Positions 51,189-64,000 of a stretch of 64,000 bases of DNA are shown here, in pieces. Numbering within the stretch: position 1 is the stretch's first letter; each line of letters starts with the position of its first letter. The position numbers and the translations under genes were made by a program. The notes below the pieces were generated by a model. It ran no database searches. It saw only the letters and a list, made by a program, of their open reading frames with translations, and was not told the DNA's origin. Origin of the DNA: Nitrospirota bacterium. Lineage in GTDB: Bacteria > Nitrospirota > Nitrospiria > Nitrospirales > Nitrospiraceae. The stretch covers positions 192,001 to 256,000 of the forward strand of contig CAVPGK010000011.1 in NCBI GenBank assembly GCA_963703955.1, written 5' to 3'.

Positions 51189-52933
51189 TCACGAATGGTA
51201 GGCTTCGCGAAAGTGTCGGCCGACCATCCGATAGGCATTGTGGAGATACTGAGTGACCATGCGATGAGAATTGAAGAACGCGCTGTTGACGGCGATTGCA
51301 TGCCGCATGATGTCGATAAAGCGGTCGCGGTTCTTGTAAAAACACGGGAGCACTGTATCACCGAGTTTCTCGTACAGCGCCTCTGCATGGCAGGCGTCCA
51401 TTCCAGATTTCGGTTCGAGACAGGCGTCGATCCGATCACCGATCGACCAGCCGGTGACGCCTTCGAGATGGCCCTCGATCCACCATCCGTCCAAGATACT
51501 GAGACTGGGCACGCCGTTGAGCGCCGCTTTCATGCCGCTGGTTCCGGAGGCCTCCATCGGCGGCAACGGGGTATTAAGCCAAACATCAACGCCTGCGCAC
51601 AGCAGCTTGGCCAGCGCCATGTCGTAATTGAGGAGATACGCGATGGCGATACGACCCCGGAGCGCATCACGCATCTCGGTGATACGACGGATAACGTTCT
51701 TGCCGTCCTGGTCCTGAGGATGCGCCTTGCCCGCAAAGACCAATTGAAACGGTCCCGACCGTTCGGCGATGGCCTTCAGTCGTTCGATATCATGAAACAG
51801 GAGGTCCCCCGCTTATAGGCCGTGGCGCGCCGAGCAAAGCCGATGGTCATGACCTTCCAGTCAAACCCGGCATTCGCCTCGTGATTCACGTAATCAATGA
51901 GGACACGTTTGGCCGCCAGATGGGCATCCCAGATTTCCGATCCGGGAATGCTGATCGCGTACCGCAGCGACAACGAGTCGCGCCGCCAATCCGGCAGGTG
52001 CCGGTCATAGAGCGTCTGGAACGATGGCGCCGTCCACGTAACTGCGTGCACGCCGTTGGTGATCGAGTGGATCGGGTAGCCGGGAAACATGCTTTGCGAC
52101 ACCTCGCCATGCCTCATGGCGACGCCATTGATGTACCGAGAAGCGCGCAGCGCCAAGTCCGTCATATTCAATACGGTATTCTGGCCACAGGCTTTGAGCA
52201 GTCGCCAGCGCTGCTCCCCCAGCACCCGCTTGACCAAATCACCCGGAAACTGGTCATGGCCGGCCGGCACCGGCGTGTGAGTCGTAAAGACGCACCGGTC
52301 CCGAATGCCCTCCATAACCTCCGGCGTGACCGCCACGTCGGGCGCACCGGTTCCCAATCGCTCTTCGAGCAGCGCGACGACGAGCAAGGCGGCATGTCCC
52401 TCGTTCATATGAAACCACGGGACGTCCTTATATCCCAGGGCACCCAGCACGCGAACGCCCCCTATGCCGAGCACGCTCTCCTGGCAGAATCGATAAGACT
52501 GGTCTCCGCCGTAGAGCGCGTCGGTGAGCGTCCGGTCCCACGGCGTGTTCTCCTGCAGGTCCGTGTCCAGAAGATACACCGGGATTTCAAATCCCGAGAC
52601 GCCGCGGATGCGATAGCACCAGGCGCGGATGTGCACCGTCCGACCGTCCAGTTCGATGGTCGCCCGGGGCTCCAGAGGTTCGAGAAAATCCTGCGGGACC
52701 CACACCACCGGCTCCTCCGACTGCCACCCGTTCGCGTCCAGTCGCTGATAAAAGTAGCCGCGACGATGCAGGAGCGTCACCGCCACCATCGGGACTTCCA
52801 GGTCGGCGGCCGAGCGGATCGTATCGCCGGCCAGCACGCCGAGCCCGCCCGCGTACGTGGGCACTGAGGGCTCAAGCCCGATCTCCATGGAGAAGTAGGC
52901 AACCAGGGGAGTCTTAATTGAGGAAGCATTCAT
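51189..52933 (-). pseudogene. glgP: Alpha-glucan phosphorylase split by a one-base frameshift
   Basis: YFSMEIG, YAGGLG.LAGD, HMNEGH, ARRATAYKR, EASGTSGMK; G5 instead of G6 at 51806-51810 (may be an assembly error). Confidence 0.88.
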
Positions 52934-52948
52934 GGCGGCATGCTCCTG

Positions 52949-53425
52949 TCAACTCAACGTCACTCGAATCCAATCCCCCAGATAGTGCGTGGTAGCGACC
53001 ACGCTGGTCCCGATCAGAAGATGCTCCATGATGACTTTCCACGGTGGGATCCTCTGTGTACGCGCCAGAAAGAAGCTCAACACGGCCAGCAGACAAAGCC
53101 CCCAGACGATACTAATCACAATTGCGGTTGAAAGAGGCAGCAGCAGAACCGGTAGCACGAACGTGAGCGCAAAGCCGAATTTGCTTAAAAACGTTGCGAC
53201 GGTCGATTCCCAGACCTCACCGGTCGTGTTCCTATTTTCTGATTCTTGGGAAATGTGCATGCCCAAGGCATCCGACATGGCATCGGCAACCGCGATCGTT
53301 AAGATCCCGCCAATGACCACAGACTTTGAATGTGTGCTGGAATGCAACCCCACCATGAGGCCCAGAGTCGTGATAACGCCGGATGTCAACCCGAAGCTGA
53401 ATCCTGTCTTGAAGGACTGCTTCAT
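52949..53425 (-). CDS. VIT1/CCC1-like membrane protein
   Basis: FGLTSGVITTLG, AVADAMSDALGMHISQESE, 5 TM helices. Confidence 0.78.
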   Translation of the reverse strand: MKQSFKTGFSFGLTSGVITTLGLMVGLHSSTHSKSVVIGGILTIAVADAMSDALGMHISQESENRNTTGEVWESTVATFLSKFGFALTFVLPVLLLPLSTAIVISIVWGLCLLAVLSFFLARTQRIPPWKVIMEHLLIGTSVVATTHYLGDWIRVTLS

Positions 53426-53438
53426 GGCAAATGGGCAT

Positions 53439-54611
53439 CTATTCGAACTGTCTTCGGAAGCGCCACATGCCGAAGCCGAACAACGTCCCGCCCAGCAGCG
53501 CCATGGCCAGCATCGGCCTCCAGAGCGTGTCGAGACCTGCACCTTTCAGCAAGATGCCGTGAGTAATCTCGATGAAATACCGAAGCGGAGACAACGCCAT
53601 GAGATGACGAACCCAGGCCGGCATGGCCTCCATCGGTGCCGTGAGGCCCGACAGCAATAACATCGGAGCGACCACAAGCAGCGTCATCATACCCACCTGC
53701 GCTTGATTCCTCGTCAGCGTCGCGGCAGCCAACCCCATGCCGGCGGTTGTGAAGACGAACAGGGCCGTGAGGCCGAAAAACAACACGACGCTTCCCTTGA
53801 TCGGTACCCCGAACACTGGCTGCATGACCCCGAACAGGCCGACCGCCGTGGCGCAGAGAATCACCATCGTCATCGCGAGGACCTTGGAGACCATGATCTG
53901 AAACGGCGTCAAGGGCGAGACCAATAGTTGCTCCACCGTGCCCCGTTCTTTCTCCCGAACCAGGGCTGCCGCAGGAAGCAGAATCGCAAAGATCGTAATC
54001 TGGCGGAGGAGGTGTGAGATCGACTCGAACCAGGTGTCATTCTGGTCCGGGTTGTACCAGACTCGATGGTCGCTCACGATGATCGGCAGGTTCTGTGACG
54101 ACTTCTCAGAGTTCCCGACTCGCGCGAGCGCAGTCTCCTGTCCGAACCGCTCGACGATGCGCGCGGCATAGCCCGCGGCGGAGAGGCCTTGCGGCGAGTT
54201 GGTCGTGTCCACTAGCAATTGCACCTCCGTGGGCTCGCCCGTCATGAGCTGCTCGTGAAAACGTGGCGGGATCTCCAAGACTGCCATCGCCTTGCCCCGG
54301 TCCAGCCAGCGAAGACCTTCTTGAGGATCGGCGATCTCCCCTTCCAGGCGAAAGAAAGGAGCACGGAACTTGTGAATAAGTTCACGCGATGAGAAGCTGT
54401 GGTCGGCATCATAGACCAGGAGACTGGCATTATGCAGTTGCGATTGGATACCGTTCCCTGTGATATACACCGCCAGCGTGAAGGCGTAGACGAGGAACAG
54501 CACGATCGGGACGTCCCGGAACAACTGAAGCATCTCCTTTCGGGTCATGACCACCAAACGACGCCACCAGACGACGGCGCGTTGTGAACCGGGTCGCAGC
54601 ACAGGCTTCAT
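53439..54611 (-). CDS. ABC-2 transporter permease (YbhR-like)
   Basis: RKEMLQLFRD, VREKERGTVEQLLVSP, SPLRYF. Confidence 0.9.
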   Translation of the reverse strand: MKPVLRPGSQRAVVWWRRLVVMTRKEMLQLFRDVPIVLFLVYAFTLAVYITGNGIQSQLHNASLLVYDADHSFSSRELIHKFRAPFFRLEGEIADPQEGLRWLDRGKAMAVLEIPPRFHEQLMTGEPTEVQLLVDTTNSPQGLSAAGYAARIVERFGQETALARVGNSEKSSQNLPIIVSDHRVWYNPDQNDTWFESISHLLRQITIFAILLPAAALVREKERGTVEQLLVSPLTPFQIMVSKVLAMTMVILCATAVGLFGVMQPVFGVPIKGSVVLFFGLTALFVFTTAGMGLAAATLTRNQAQVGMMTLLVVAPMLLLSGLTAPMEAMPAWVRHLMALSPLRYFIEITHGILLKGAGLDTLWRPMLAMALLGGTLFGFGMWRFRRQFE

Positions 54612-55762
54612 GATCGTGGCCTTTTCGTAAAGAGCCGATATCCGACGATTTGCAAGACGGCGGCGTACAGGGCCAGGGCTAGCACATCCACCCATAACAC
54701 CTCAGGCCCTACACCTTTCAAAAAGGTTCCGCGGACGATGTTGGTGTAGTACATGCCCGGGAACAGGTGGGCCTGGATCTGCGAGCTGGGGCTCAGGGAG
54801 GAGACGGGAACGATCAGGCCGGAGTACAGGATTGTCGGGACCATGCTGACGACGATTGTGATGATCAGGGCGGCTATCTGAGTGCGAACCAGCAGCGACA
54901 CGAGCAGGCCGATGCCGGTGCTGCTCAGCACGAACACCAACGATGCCAGCAAGAAGAACGGCGGATTTCCCTTGAAGGGCACGCCGAACCACAGGGTGGC
55001 CATGATCCACAGGACCACGGCGTTCACCCAGGAAATCAGCACATAGGGGAGCAGCTTGCCGGCGAGAAATTCGATCCGGGTCACCGTTGAGCTGTAAATG
55101 TTGTAGATGGAGCCGGTCTCCTTCTCTCGGACGATCCCCAGTGCGGTCAGCAAGGGAGACGAGAGCATCAAAGCAAACATCACGAGCGCCGGCACCATGG
55201 ACCAAGTGCTTCGAACCTCTTCGTTGTAGAGATATCGCACCTCGACCCTTATCGGTTGGGCCAACGTCTGAGCCCATTCTCTGGGAATCCCGCGGGTCCT
55301 TGCCATATAGCCCTCGAGCAAGACTCCGCTCAGCGCGCTGTTGATGGCGATCACATAACCCTTGGTGATGTCCGTCCGGAGCGGAAACGTTCCATCAATC
55401 AGGGTCTGGATGCTGACCGGCTGCCCGGCCAGCAGGCGTTCCTCGAATTTCTCGGGAACAATGATGGCGGCCCTGATCTTGCCGCTCTGGAGCATGGCAT
55501 CGGCCTCATTCTCACTTGGCAGATAGCCCTGAAAACTGAAATAGCGCGACTCGAAAAAGCGATATAGATAATCACGGCTCAGGGCACTGCGATCCCGATC
55601 CACCACAGCGAACGGGATGTTCTCCACATCCAGCACAAGCCCGTAGCCGAAGACCACCATCCATAGGATCGGCAGGAGGAAGGCGAGAAGAAAAAACATC
55701 CGGTCCCGAGTAGTCTCTCTCCATTCCTTGGAGGCCACGGCGGCCATCCTTTGGAGATTCAT
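54608..55762 (-). CDS. ABC-2 transporter permease (YbhS-like)
   Basis: KEWRETTRD, VVDRDRS..SR, IVREKETGS. Confidence 0.9.
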   Translation of the reverse strand: MNLQRMAAVASKEWRETTRDRMFFLLAFLLPILWMVVFGYGLVLDVENIPFAVVDRDRSALSRDYLYRFFESRYFSFQGYLPSENEADAMLQSGKIRAAIIVPEKFEERLLAGQPVSIQTLIDGTFPLRTDITKGYVIAINSALSGVLLEGYMARTRGIPREWAQTLAQPIRVEVRYLYNEEVRSTWSMVPALVMFALMLSSPLLTALGIVREKETGSIYNIYSSTVTRIEFLAGKLLPYVLISWVNAVVLWIMATLWFGVPFKGNPPFFLLASLVFVLSSTGIGLLVSLLVRTQIAALIITIVVSMVPTILYSGLIVPVSSLSPSSQIQAHLFPGMYYTNIVRGTFLKGVGPEVLWVDVLALALYAAVLQIVGYRLFTKRPRS

Positions 55763-57756
55763 ACCGCTGCTCCCTTTGCGGCTTCGCGCTCCTCTTGCTC
55801 CAGTGACATAACCCGATATACGAACACGTCCTCAAGGCTGAGAGACCGGGTTCCCACGCAGTCAACAGTGATCCCGACCGACGCGAGCGCGTCCTGAAGT
55901 CTCGCCTCATCACGGGAAGGATCGCGCGAGAGCAGATGGATCTTCGTGCCGAAGAGTGCTGCGCCATCAAAACCGGCTCGAGCCAATTGTCTGAGCGCCT
56001 GTCCCGGTTGATCGGTCACCACCTCCAGCAGATGACCGGCCTGCTGTTCCACCTGTTGCTTCATGTCAGTCGGCGAACCCTCAGCCACAACCCGGCCGGC
56101 ATACATCAGTGCGAGCTGATCGCAGTGTTCGGCTTCACTCATGTAATGCGTCGTGACCAGAATCGCCACCCCCTCCTCCCGCGAGAGTCGAGACAAAATA
56201 TCCCAGAAGTGCCGACGGCCGATCGGATCCACGCCGGAAGTCGGCTCGTCCAGGAACAGCACGCGCGGACGGTGGACCAGGGCGCAGCCCAGCGCCAGGC
56301 GCTGGCGCACGCCCATCGGCAGCCGGCCGGTGAGGTGAGACTCATACCCGCCAAGCCCGGCCATTGCGACGATCCACTTCAGCCGCGCATCGGCCTCCCG
56401 CCTTCCGAGGCCGTAGATGCCGGCGAAGAGCCGAATGTTCTCAACAACCGTGAGGTCGAGGTAAAGCGAGAAGGCTTGGGACATGTATCCGATCCGTTCC
56501 TTGATGACACCTCCGGGTTTGCGCATATCCGCGCCCGCGACCCAGCCTTCACCCACCGTCGGCGGTAGGATGCCGGTGAGCATTTTGATCACCGTCGTTT
56601 TCCCTGCACCGTTGGATCCCAACAGGCCGAAGATCTCTCCTTGTTTGACCTGGAAGCTGACTCGGTCGACCGCCCGAAACGAACCGAAATCACGGACGAG
56701 CCCTCTCGCTTCGATCGCCAACCCATCACGATTCAACCTTGCCGACGAGGCAGGAAACACGTCGCCAGCCTCCTTGGGGCGGCCCTGACGAAGCAAGAGC
56801 GCCACGAACACATCTTCGAGTTCCGGGTCATCCACGCGGGCATCGCCCACCGTGATGTCGCCGAGACCGGCCGCAACGCGTTGCTTCGCCGTGGTATGCT
56901 CTATTTCTTCCGTGAAGACATGGATGAGCGGCCCCATCGCCTCGACCTGGGTAAACACTTTCTTTAATCTGGTGAGCGCTTCGAGCTGCGGGGATGCGTG
57001 GAAGGTCACCACGCTGCCCGGGACCAGTGTCTGCACTTCCGACGGCGTGCCGGAGACGAGAACACGTCCGTTCGACAAGAACGAAAGCCGATGGAAACGC
57101 GACGCTTCGTCCATGTAGGCGGTGGACACTAATGCCGTCATCCCGCGTTCCTGCACAAGCTCAGTCAGAATGGCCCAGAAGTCTCGACGAGACACCGGAT
57201 CGACCCCCGTGGTGGGTTCGTCCAGAATCGCCAGTTCCGGTTCGTGAATCAGCGTGCAGATCAGTCCGAGCTTCTGCTTCATGCCGCCGGAGAGGTGTTT
57301 CATGGGACGATCCCGAAACCGATCGAGGCGGGTCATAGCCAAGAGGCGGGCTTTGCGGTCAGCCAGGTCTCGTTCGGGCACGAGCCGCAGCTGGGCGAAG
57401 AAGTCGACGTTTTCCTCAACCGAGAGCTCGGGATACAGATTGAGGCCGAGCCCTTGCGGCAGAAATCCAATACGGTGCTTGATCCGCTCGGCAGCCGGCT
57501 CCGAGTCGACCTTGACCCCGAAGACCTCGACCGCTCCAGCCTCATAGGACAGTACACCGGCGATCGCCTTCATCATGCTGCTCTTGCCGGCCCCGTCCGG
57601 GCCGATCAGCCCGTAAACCTCACCGCGACGGATTTCCAGAGCGACGCCCGCTAGTGCGACTTGCTTGCGATACCGTTTCTCGAACCCTATGACCCGAATG
57701 AGCGGCTCGCCATGTGTCGGCACAACCTTGTTTCTCAGCGCCGCGGTCGTGTCCAT
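55759..57756 (-). CDS. Dual-domain ABC ATPase (YbhF-like)
   Basis: GPDGAGKS/LSGGMKQ/LDEPTTGVDP and GSNGAGKT/LDEPTSGVDP. Confidence 0.92.
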   Translation of the reverse strand: MDTTAALRNKVVPTHGEPLIRVIGFEKRYRKQVALAGVALEIRRGEVYGLIGPDGAGKSSMMKAIAGVLSYEAGAVEVFGVKVDSEPAAERIKHRIGFLPQGLGLNLYPELSVEENVDFFAQLRLVPERDLADRKARLLAMTRLDRFRDRPMKHLSGGMKQKLGLICTLIHEPELAILDEPTTGVDPVSRRDFWAILTELVQERGMTALVSTAYMDEASRFHRLSFLSNGRVLVSGTPSEVQTLVPGSVVTFHASPQLEALTRLKKVFTQVEAMGPLIHVFTEEIEHTTAKQRVAAGLGDITVGDARVDDPELEDVFVALLLRQGRPKEAGDVFPASSARLNRDGLAIEARGLVRDFGSFRAVDRVSFQVKQGEIFGLLGSNGAGKTTVIKMLTGILPPTVGEGWVAGADMRKPGGVIKERIGYMSQAFSLYLDLTVVENIRLFAGIYGLGRREADARLKWIVAMAGLGGYESHLTGRLPMGVRQRLALGCALVHRPRVLFLDEPTSGVDPIGRRHFWDILSRLSREEGVAILVTTHYMSEAEHCDQLALMYAGRVVAEGSPTDMKQQVEQQAGHLLEVVTDQPGQALRQLARAGFDGAALFGTKIHLLSRDPSRDEARLQDALASVGITVDCVGTRSLSLEDVFVYRVMSLEQEEREAAKGAAV

Positions 57757-58844
57757 GCAACATCCTCTCGCCATCGAATCACGGCATCGGCTGGCAATCC
57801 CGGGGTCAGTCGATGGTCTGGGTTGGCACTCAGGTATAACTTCGTCGCATAGATCAGTTTCACCCGCTCGTCGGGCGTCTGGACTTCTTTGGGGGTGAAT
57901 TCCGCCTTCGACGCGATGTAGCGAACCGTCGCCTCAAACGGCTGATCGGGAAAGGCGTCGGTGTGGATGCGGGCCGGTAGGTTCAATCGGATTTTTCCGA
58001 TTTGGATCTCCGGAACATAGACTTTGAGATACAGACGATCCAGATCCACGATCTCAAAAAGTGGCGCACCGGCGGTCACGACTTCACCGACATCCACCAT
58101 TCGCGTCGTAATGGTCCCGTTCGTCGGAGCAAGGATGGTCAGATCAGCCAAAATGCTCTCGGTTTCATTCAAGGCCGCTTCGGCCTGGTCCCGCTGGCGT
58201 TCCAGCGCGACGACCTCATCTTCCTTGGCGCGAATCCGTTTCCACCCCAATTCCGCTTGCGCTAGCTCCTTCGTCGTTTTCGCGAGCGCTGACCCTGTGG
58301 CCGCCACGTCGTTCTTGGCCACCCTCCACCTCGAACGCGCCTGGTCATACTGTTGCCGCGCCACCGCCTGGTCGGGGAGCAGGCGGCGGAATCGCTGCTC
58401 ATCGAGCCGGGCTTCTCGCTCAACCGTCTTCGCCTTCTCCAGCTCCGCCTGCGCCTGATCGACGTGGGACTGAGCCGACTCGATAGCCAGCGGCACCTCG
58501 AGGTTCAACACCGCCAATGCCGTGTGGTCGGCCTGAACTTGTGCCTCAATCGCCTCCCACCCATGCCGCGCCTGATCAACCCTGGCGCGGGCTTGCGTGT
58601 CATCGATCCGTACCATCACCTGGCCTGCGGTAACCGTCGCCCCCTCCCGGACCAAGAGTTCCTGAATCCGTCCAGGGAATTTACTCGCAACGGTGACATG
58701 ATCACCTTCTATACGACCGTTTGCTTGAATCAGTCCTTCTGGCAAACCCCGGTTCCAGACCCAGTGGTCGAGCGCAAAATAGACTCCGGCCACCACAGGC
58801 ACCCCCACCATGGCCAGGAGGACCTGCTTCCTCGGCAACTTCAT
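57735..58844 (-). CDS. HlyD family membrane fusion protein (YbhG-like)
   Basis: NGRIEG, V.EG..V..GQ, coiled coil, AEFTPKEVQT. Confidence 0.9.
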   Translation of the reverse strand: MKLPRKQVLLAMVGVPVVAGVYFALDHWVWNRGLPEGLIQANGRIEGDHVTVASKFPGRIQELLVREGATVTAGQVMVRIDDTQARARVDQARHGWEAIEAQVQADHTALAVLNLEVPLAIESAQSHVDQAQAELEKAKTVEREARLDEQRFRRLLPDQAVARQQYDQARSRWRVAKNDVAATGSALAKTTKELAQAELGWKRIRAKEDEVVALERQRDQAEAALNETESILADLTILAPTNGTITTRMVDVGEVVTAGAPLFEIVDLDRLYLKVYVPEIQIGKIRLNLPARIHTDAFPDQPFEATVRYIASKAEFTPKEVQTPDERVKLIYATKLYLSANPDHRLTPGLPADAVIRWREDVAWTRPRR

Positions 58845-58988
58845 CAGCTACCTTTTCCAATCTGAAGCACGACACGCCCCTGGACCTCACCTTGACGCAG
58901 CCGCGCATGACACCTTTTCTTCCAACCCTGCACAGATGTTCTGCTCACGACCGACGAACTCCCTGATTGCAAGACAGAGCCCACCACT

Positions 58989-62374
<3,386 letters not shown>

Positions 62375-62378
<4 letters not shown>

Positions 62379-63457
62379 GGGATTGGCGGCGTCGCCACCG
62401 CGTCAAGAATTTGAATGGAGGTCCCGTCCTGGCCTTTGCTCGAATCCGTCAACACGCGTTCGCCGACGTTGAGGCCCGAGAGAATCTCCGCGCTGTTGCC
62501 CACGGTCCGGCCAACCCTGACCAGTCGCAGGCGGGCAACGCGGTCTTCTCCGACCACGAAGACGCCGGTCAACTCCCCCCGTTCGATCATAGCCGACCGC
62601 GGCAGGACGATGGTTTGACTGACGCCCTTGTCCAGCTGAAGCCGACCGAACATCCCACTCTTCAATCCTGCTGTTTGCGGGAGATCGACCTTGACCAGAA
62701 ACGTGTGCGTCTGTGGATCGCCCGCAGGAAGGATTTGGGACACAGTGCCCGGGAGAGACGTTTGACCCAGCGCGTCGATGAGGATCGGAATCTTGTCGCC
62801 GCGCGAAATCAACTTCAAATCACCCTCCGCAACAGTCGCCTCAAGCCTGAGGTGGTGGGGATCTTCAAGCTTCAAGAGCGGCCTCCCCGGAGACGCCAAT
62901 TCACCGATTTCAACCTTTTTCTCTGTGATCACACCCGCGAAAGGCGCCGTGATCACGGTGTAACTCAACTGCGCCGCGGCCGCCTGTTTCTCGGCCTGCG
63001 CCACCCTGAAAGACCTGGTGGCGTCGTCCAATTCCTGTTCGGCAACCGATCCCCGCTCGAGCTTGAATAACTGTTGCATACGGTCCAGGTGCACACGCCT
63101 GTTTTCCACCTCAGCCTCCGCGCGGGCCAGATTCGCACGAAGGTCACGGCTATCGAGAACGATTAGCGTCTGCCCTTTTGAAACGATCGATCCTTCCCGA
63201 ACACGGACCTCCTGGATGGTGCCATGAATCTTGCTGGAGAGCGTGGCCTGCGAGACTGCCGCCACCTGCCCCGTCACTTCCACCCGTACCGGCATCGGAG
63301 TGATCAGGACCTCGACCACCGCGGCTTGCACCACGGGTGGCGTAGGGCCGGAGATCGCGCGGGAGGGCGCCTCTTCCCCAGGCCCGCATCCGGTAACCGA
63401 CAAGAAGGCGATGAGGCCACTCGGAAGAACCTTTCTCCACAATCGTGTCACACTCAT
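62375..63457 (-). CDS. RND periplasmic adaptor subunit (lipoprotein)
   Basis: Lipobox-like VTGC, VREG..V.KGQ, ITAPFAG, GMFGR; ATGA overlap with the RND gene. Confidence 0.92.
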
Positions 63458-63711
63458 AATGCTCTTCGCTTCGTCATGCCAACTCTACCCTCTCCCAGTT
63501 GGGCTAGATGGGGCCGGTCTCTATTGCGCGCATATTTTCACCCCCCGCTCCAGGCGCGGCAAGACGCTTTCTCTCCAGAAGTGGGCACATTCTTATCGTG
63601 TGCGCTGCGCGAGGTGCGCGACGCGACGAATGAATAGGGAGCCTCACGTTTGCGTACGCCGGCGAGTCGGCAGTGTCATCGCTGAGGCTAGCCCCATTCA
63701 GCCCAACTTTC

Positions 63712-63900
63712 TTACTCCTGAACCCCCAGCTTTCTCAACAAGGCCATCATTGGGCACCACCTGGTGAACGCAGATTGGATCAAATTAGCCGCCACAAATG
63801 CCGCCAGGTAGTACCAGTATGGATGGAGGGTCGTGCCAAGAACGAGAGCCAACAGAACGAACCCCCCGGCGATCAGTCGTAACCATTCATGGAGTTTCAT
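63712..63900 (-). CDS. DUF2892 (YgaP-like) membrane protein
   Basis: LRLIAG, two TM helices, NLIQSAFTRWCPM; GGAGG RBS. Confidence 0.88.
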   Translation of the reverse strand: MKLHEWLRLIAGGFVLLALVLGTTLHPYWYYLAAFVAANLIQSAFTRWCPMMALLRKLGVQE

Positions 63901-64000
63901 TCGTACCTCCTTGCGAAAGAATCCGCTTGTATAGAGGCAGGTAAACAGTAAAAGATTCTCTTCCCCTCACTATCTGTGCGATCGGCATACCAGACGGAAA

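Overview
GC-rich bacterial chromosome segment whose gene set and repeats point to Nitrospira/Nitrospirota (inference). About 1-11.6 kb is core-like: NtrY-type kinase (truncated by the window edge), TPR/peptidase-MA protein, DUF1844, mazG, a rhodanese protein, hemE-hemH-hemY and a TIGR01777 epimerase. It also holds a 505-bp convergent intergenic gap with DnaA-box-like 9-mers and a 125-bp palindromic repeat. From about 11.7 kb the window is a mosaic accessory region with no visible integrase or tRNA. It contains: (i) a cassette-like gene with an attC-like site, an orphan AmmeMemoRadiSam radical SAM gene, PEP-CTERM, YbhB, CapA and USP genes; (ii) a co-oriented acsA-pdhA-HEAT-pdhB-pdhC-ACP-pyk run followed by an N-type (alternative) F1Fo ATPase operon that looks H+-coupled; (iii) redoxin, cytochrome c, PilB and PilZ genes; (iv) a 25-kb minus-strand block of DUF2892, RND and ABC exporters, VIT1, frameshifted glgP, DUF2892, type I Sqr, OsmC, DUF1264, a beta-barrel, a tetraheme cytochrome, a SorAB-like sulfite oxidase and more c-type cytochromes. 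The best candidate for an undescribed system is the cytochrome-rich Sqr-to-SorAB module, which lacks a recognisable persulfide dioxygenase. Second is the PDH/ACP/Acs/Pyk/N-ATPase cluster. Several unannotated gene remnants record repeated insertion and erosion. No rRNA, tRNA, CRISPR array or transposase was recognised. All family calls come from motif reading, not database searches.
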